Positions 24,997-25,481 of a stretch of DNA of 25,481 nucleotides are shown piece by piece. The stretch spans positions 1-25,481 of IMG/VR virus record IMGVR_UViG_3300030433_000766; one strand, given 5' to 3'. Both the position numbers and the translations under genes were made by a program. The notes beneath the pieces were generated by a model. It saw nothing but the letters and a program-made list of their open reading frames with translations. It had not been told where the DNA came from and did not search any database. The DNA comes from a virus. Its lineage: Duplodnaviria > Caudoviricetes. The first letter of the stretch is position 1, and every line of letters begins with the position of its first letter.

Positions 24997-25481
24997 TTAC
25001 AGCATGCAGACTCCATCACATTCATCCAAAAAGGTAAGTTGCCCTTTATCAATATCATTCCTCACATCGACCTTCCGTAATGGTATCAAGTCTGAGTGCA
25101 GGTAAAGTTCTTCTGCTTGAAAGTCTTTGGCGGATGCCTTGTTGATACCTTCGCGAATCTTGTCATCAAACTCGCAAGCCTCTTCAAAATCATCCGGCCA
25201 TTCGTTTTTCAGGTATCGCCAGTAATCGTTCTTGTGGTACGGGCAAAACGTACAGGCTGACCTTGGCGCTTCTGGGTAACCGTTGGTCTTCAGCCATTCC
25301 AAACATTGACCGCGCCTCATCTCCTTCTCGACTAAAGGCCATCGATGGGTAATCCATTTATCTGGAGACTCCTTCATCCGGGTCATCTCGTCGTAGCTAA
25401 TCCCAATCCACTGCTCAACGTGGGCGTCTTTAACTCGCTGGCCCTTCTTAAAACCTAAAAGTTGGCGAATTTTCCGTTGGA
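24997..25481 (-). CDS. PAPS-reductase-like (adenine nucleotide alpha hydrolase superfamily) phage protein, C-terminal part
   Basis: The frame is open to the window edge: ...VEQWIGISYDEMTRM...WPL...R..C..W...P.APRSACTFCPY...ECDGVC. These are motifs of the phage PAPS-reductase-like family. Confidence 0.75.
   Translation of the reverse strand, partial: QRKIRQLLGFKKGQRVKDAHVEQWIGISYDEMTRMKESPDKWITHRWPLVEKEMRRGQCLEWLKTNGYPEAPRSACTFCPYHKNDYWRYLKNEWPDDFEEACEFDDKIREGINKASAKDFQAEELYLHSDLIPLRKVDVRNDIDKGQLTFLDECDGVCML

Noticed and set aside
1-25481. tRNA, integrase/att site, intron, intein or alternative genetic code
   Set aside because: None was recognised. TerL and portal are uninterrupted and of normal length, and the genes tile tightly with standard stop codons.

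Overview
This is a 25.5-kb piece of a tailed dsDNA phage genome with podovirus-type architecture, resembling uncultured aquatic phages; a lipoprotein spanin candidate suggests a Gram-negative host. Almost all genes are on the minus strand and tightly coupled. In reading order (right to left) they are: a partial PAPS-reductase-like gene, an AT-rich palindrome/repeat intergenic region, terS, a GC-rich non-coding stretch with NrdR-box-like repeats, small genes including a Lar-family Zn finger, terL, an antisense micro-gene cassette, portal, Bbp19-like protein, scaffold, N4-gp56-family major capsid protein, FmdB-like protein, two large fibre/receptor-binding proteins with accessory proteins, a holin plus overlapping spanin-like pair (no endolysin seen), a glycine-rich fibre, tail adaptor and nozzle, a GNAT-like protein, a stand-alone riboflavin-kinase-fold protein, and three ejection/internal proteins. 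The last of these (missed by the ORF track) runs off the left edge and carries an HExxH metallopeptidase motif. The most notable observations are the flavokinase-like gene coupled inside the virion ejection module, the + strand 30-aa membrane peptide with its own strand-specific terminator between terL and portal, the DNA-level conserved junctions between tail-fibre modules, and the NrdR-like boxes next to terS. All calls come from reading motifs and synteny by eye; no database searches were run.
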